This document shows positions 26,529 through 27,531 of a DNA stretch of 27,531 bases, in pieces. Numbering within the stretch: position 1 is the stretch's first letter; each line of letters begins with the position of its first letter. The notes under the pieces were generated by a model that saw only the letters and a list, made by a program, of their open reading frames with translations, was not told the DNA's origin and did not search any database. This DNA is from a virus (taxonomy: Duplodnaviria; Caudoviricetes): the IMG/VR virus record IMGVR_UViG_3300032218_001387, positions 1 to 27,531 of that record; one strand, 5' to 3'. A program made the position numbers and the translations under genes.

Positions 26529-26536
26529 TATTTATA
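26529..26536 (-). promoter_or_regulatory. T4-type late promoter motif TATAAATA
   Basis: Exact TATAAATA on the - strand in the 22-nt gap upstream of the structural gene 25863-26522. Confidence 0.65.
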
Positions 26537-26544
26537 CTAGCCGG

Positions 26545-27531
26545 TTAGGGCGTTCCGCCATAATAATAATCAGTTGGCAAATCTACTGGGCTAATTTTTA
26601 AGAAATTAGCCTGCGGAGTGTTACTATCCACCAATGATAAAGCTCCTGTATTCCAAGACCAAGATGTTGTCGGTGTAATTTGCTTCTGTACTATTGTTAA
26701 TTTAACCCCCGAAACCACTCCGGTTACAAGCCTTAGCTTGATTTCTTGTGTAGAAGAATCAATTGTAAACTCAGGTGGTTGATAGTTTATTCCTCGATAT
26801 ACATATCCGTTGACAGAGTTAATATCGGTAGAATTTTCATATACCCACACTTCTTTATAAGACATATCACCATAAACAACTATATTTGCACCATCGATAG
26901 GTAAATCAACTGTTGTAGGATTGCTTAAAGTTATTTGATTAACAGTATTTCCTACTACAGAGAAATTAACCACCGTAGTACCATCGGGTATAGCTGATAT
27001 AAATCCACCAATACCATCAGAAATTTTAAGAGTTACATAATTTCCTGTGCTAATGAAGCTTGCCCACCCTTGGCCATATACTGGGATTACAATTGCTCCG
27101 GCTGTTAGTACATTGAGATTGGTGGTATAATTACTAACATAGTTTGCTGAATTTCCATTTAGAACAATACATGCATCACCGACAGTATTTGTAATTGGCA
27201 AATCTTGCACAAAAGGAACTTCAATTAACCCGGCCGATGTAGAAGTGTTGTAATTTATAATCGGTGGATCGAATGATAAATTGGTATCTTGATAATAACC
27301 CCCATTCTTATTCAGCAATCTACTTCCGTAATAAACCATTATTTGGTCTGCAGCATTAGTAAGAGTTGATAAAGTAATGCCATCATTAATAAACGTGTTC
27401 AACCCCGAGGAGTAATGAACTATCGACGAAATTGTGGATATTGTGTAGACATCATTATGAAAGTTTGTTAATGTATTTTGAACTAACATTTTGTCAGTAT
27501 AAGGAATTGTCTGTATTGAGCTTTGATCGAA
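26545..27531 (-). CDS. C-terminal part of a large virion structural protein (5'-truncated by the window edge)
   Basis: Frame stays open upstream of 27489 (FDQSSIQTIPYTDK); S/T/N/V-rich beta composition. Confidence 0.65.
   Translation of the reverse strand, partial: FDQSSIQTIPYTDKMLVQNTLTNFHNDVYTISTISSIVHYSSGLNTFINDGITLSTLTNAADQIMVYYGSRLLNKNGGYYQDTNLSFDPPIINYNTSTSAGLIEVPFVQDLPITNTVGDACIVLNGNSANYVSNYTTNLNVLTAGAIVIPVYGQGWASFISTGNYVTLKISDGIGGFISAIPDGTTVVNFSVVGNTVNQITLSNPTTVDLPIDGANIVVYGDMSYKEVWVYENSTDINSVNGYVYRGINYQPPEFTIDSSTQEIKLRLVTGVVSGVKLTIVQKQITPTTSWSWNTGALSLVDSNTPQANFLKISPVDLPTDYYYGGTP

Noticed and set aside
1-27531. CRISPR array, tRNA, rRNA, intron, intein, transposase or integrase
   Set aside because: No regularly spaced repeats, cloverleaf or interrupted conserved genes seen; polB and thyA are continuous; intergenic gaps are very short.
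1-27531. Alternative genetic code (stop-codon reassignment seen in some large phages)
   Set aside because: Standard code gives full-length conserved proteins and near-complete coding density.
1-27531. Apparent lack of restriction-site avoidance (GATC, GAATTC, CCGG all occur) as evidence of protective modification
   Set aside because: Cannot be quantified by eye; needs observed/expected k-mer statistics on the whole genome.

Overview
AT-rich, densely packed segment of a large tailed dsDNA phage, probably a T4-like or jumbo myovirus. The autotransporter-like gene suggests a Gram-negative host. The + strand (1-23624) carries replication and nucleotide-metabolism genes: a family B DNA polymerase, a probable sliding clamp, a T4-RNase H-like 5'-3' exonuclease, ThyA, GuaC, a purine PRTase, a HIT protein and a MoxR/VWA-peptidase pair. 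The - strand (23621-27531) carries virion tail or baseplate genes. The most notable element is a tightly packed operon right after the polymerase: clamp, divergent TGT/DpdA-fold transglycosylase, Gfo/Idh/MocA oxidoreductase, Zn-MDR dehydrogenase, unknown protein, QueD-like protein and a GT4 glycosyltransferase whose motifs recall the queuosine mannosyltransferase QTMAN/GTDC1. A QueE gene lies downstream behind a promoter sharing a 14-mer with that operon's promoter. I infer a candidate pathway for a glycosylated 7-deazaguanine hypermodification of DNA (or tRNA). Also seen: twin 8-nt-loop hairpins in the polymerase leader, a signal-peptide subtilase with a barrel-like C-terminus, sigma70-like and T4-late-like promoters, and two small ORFs missing from the ORF track. 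All functional calls come from reading motifs by eye; no searches were run.
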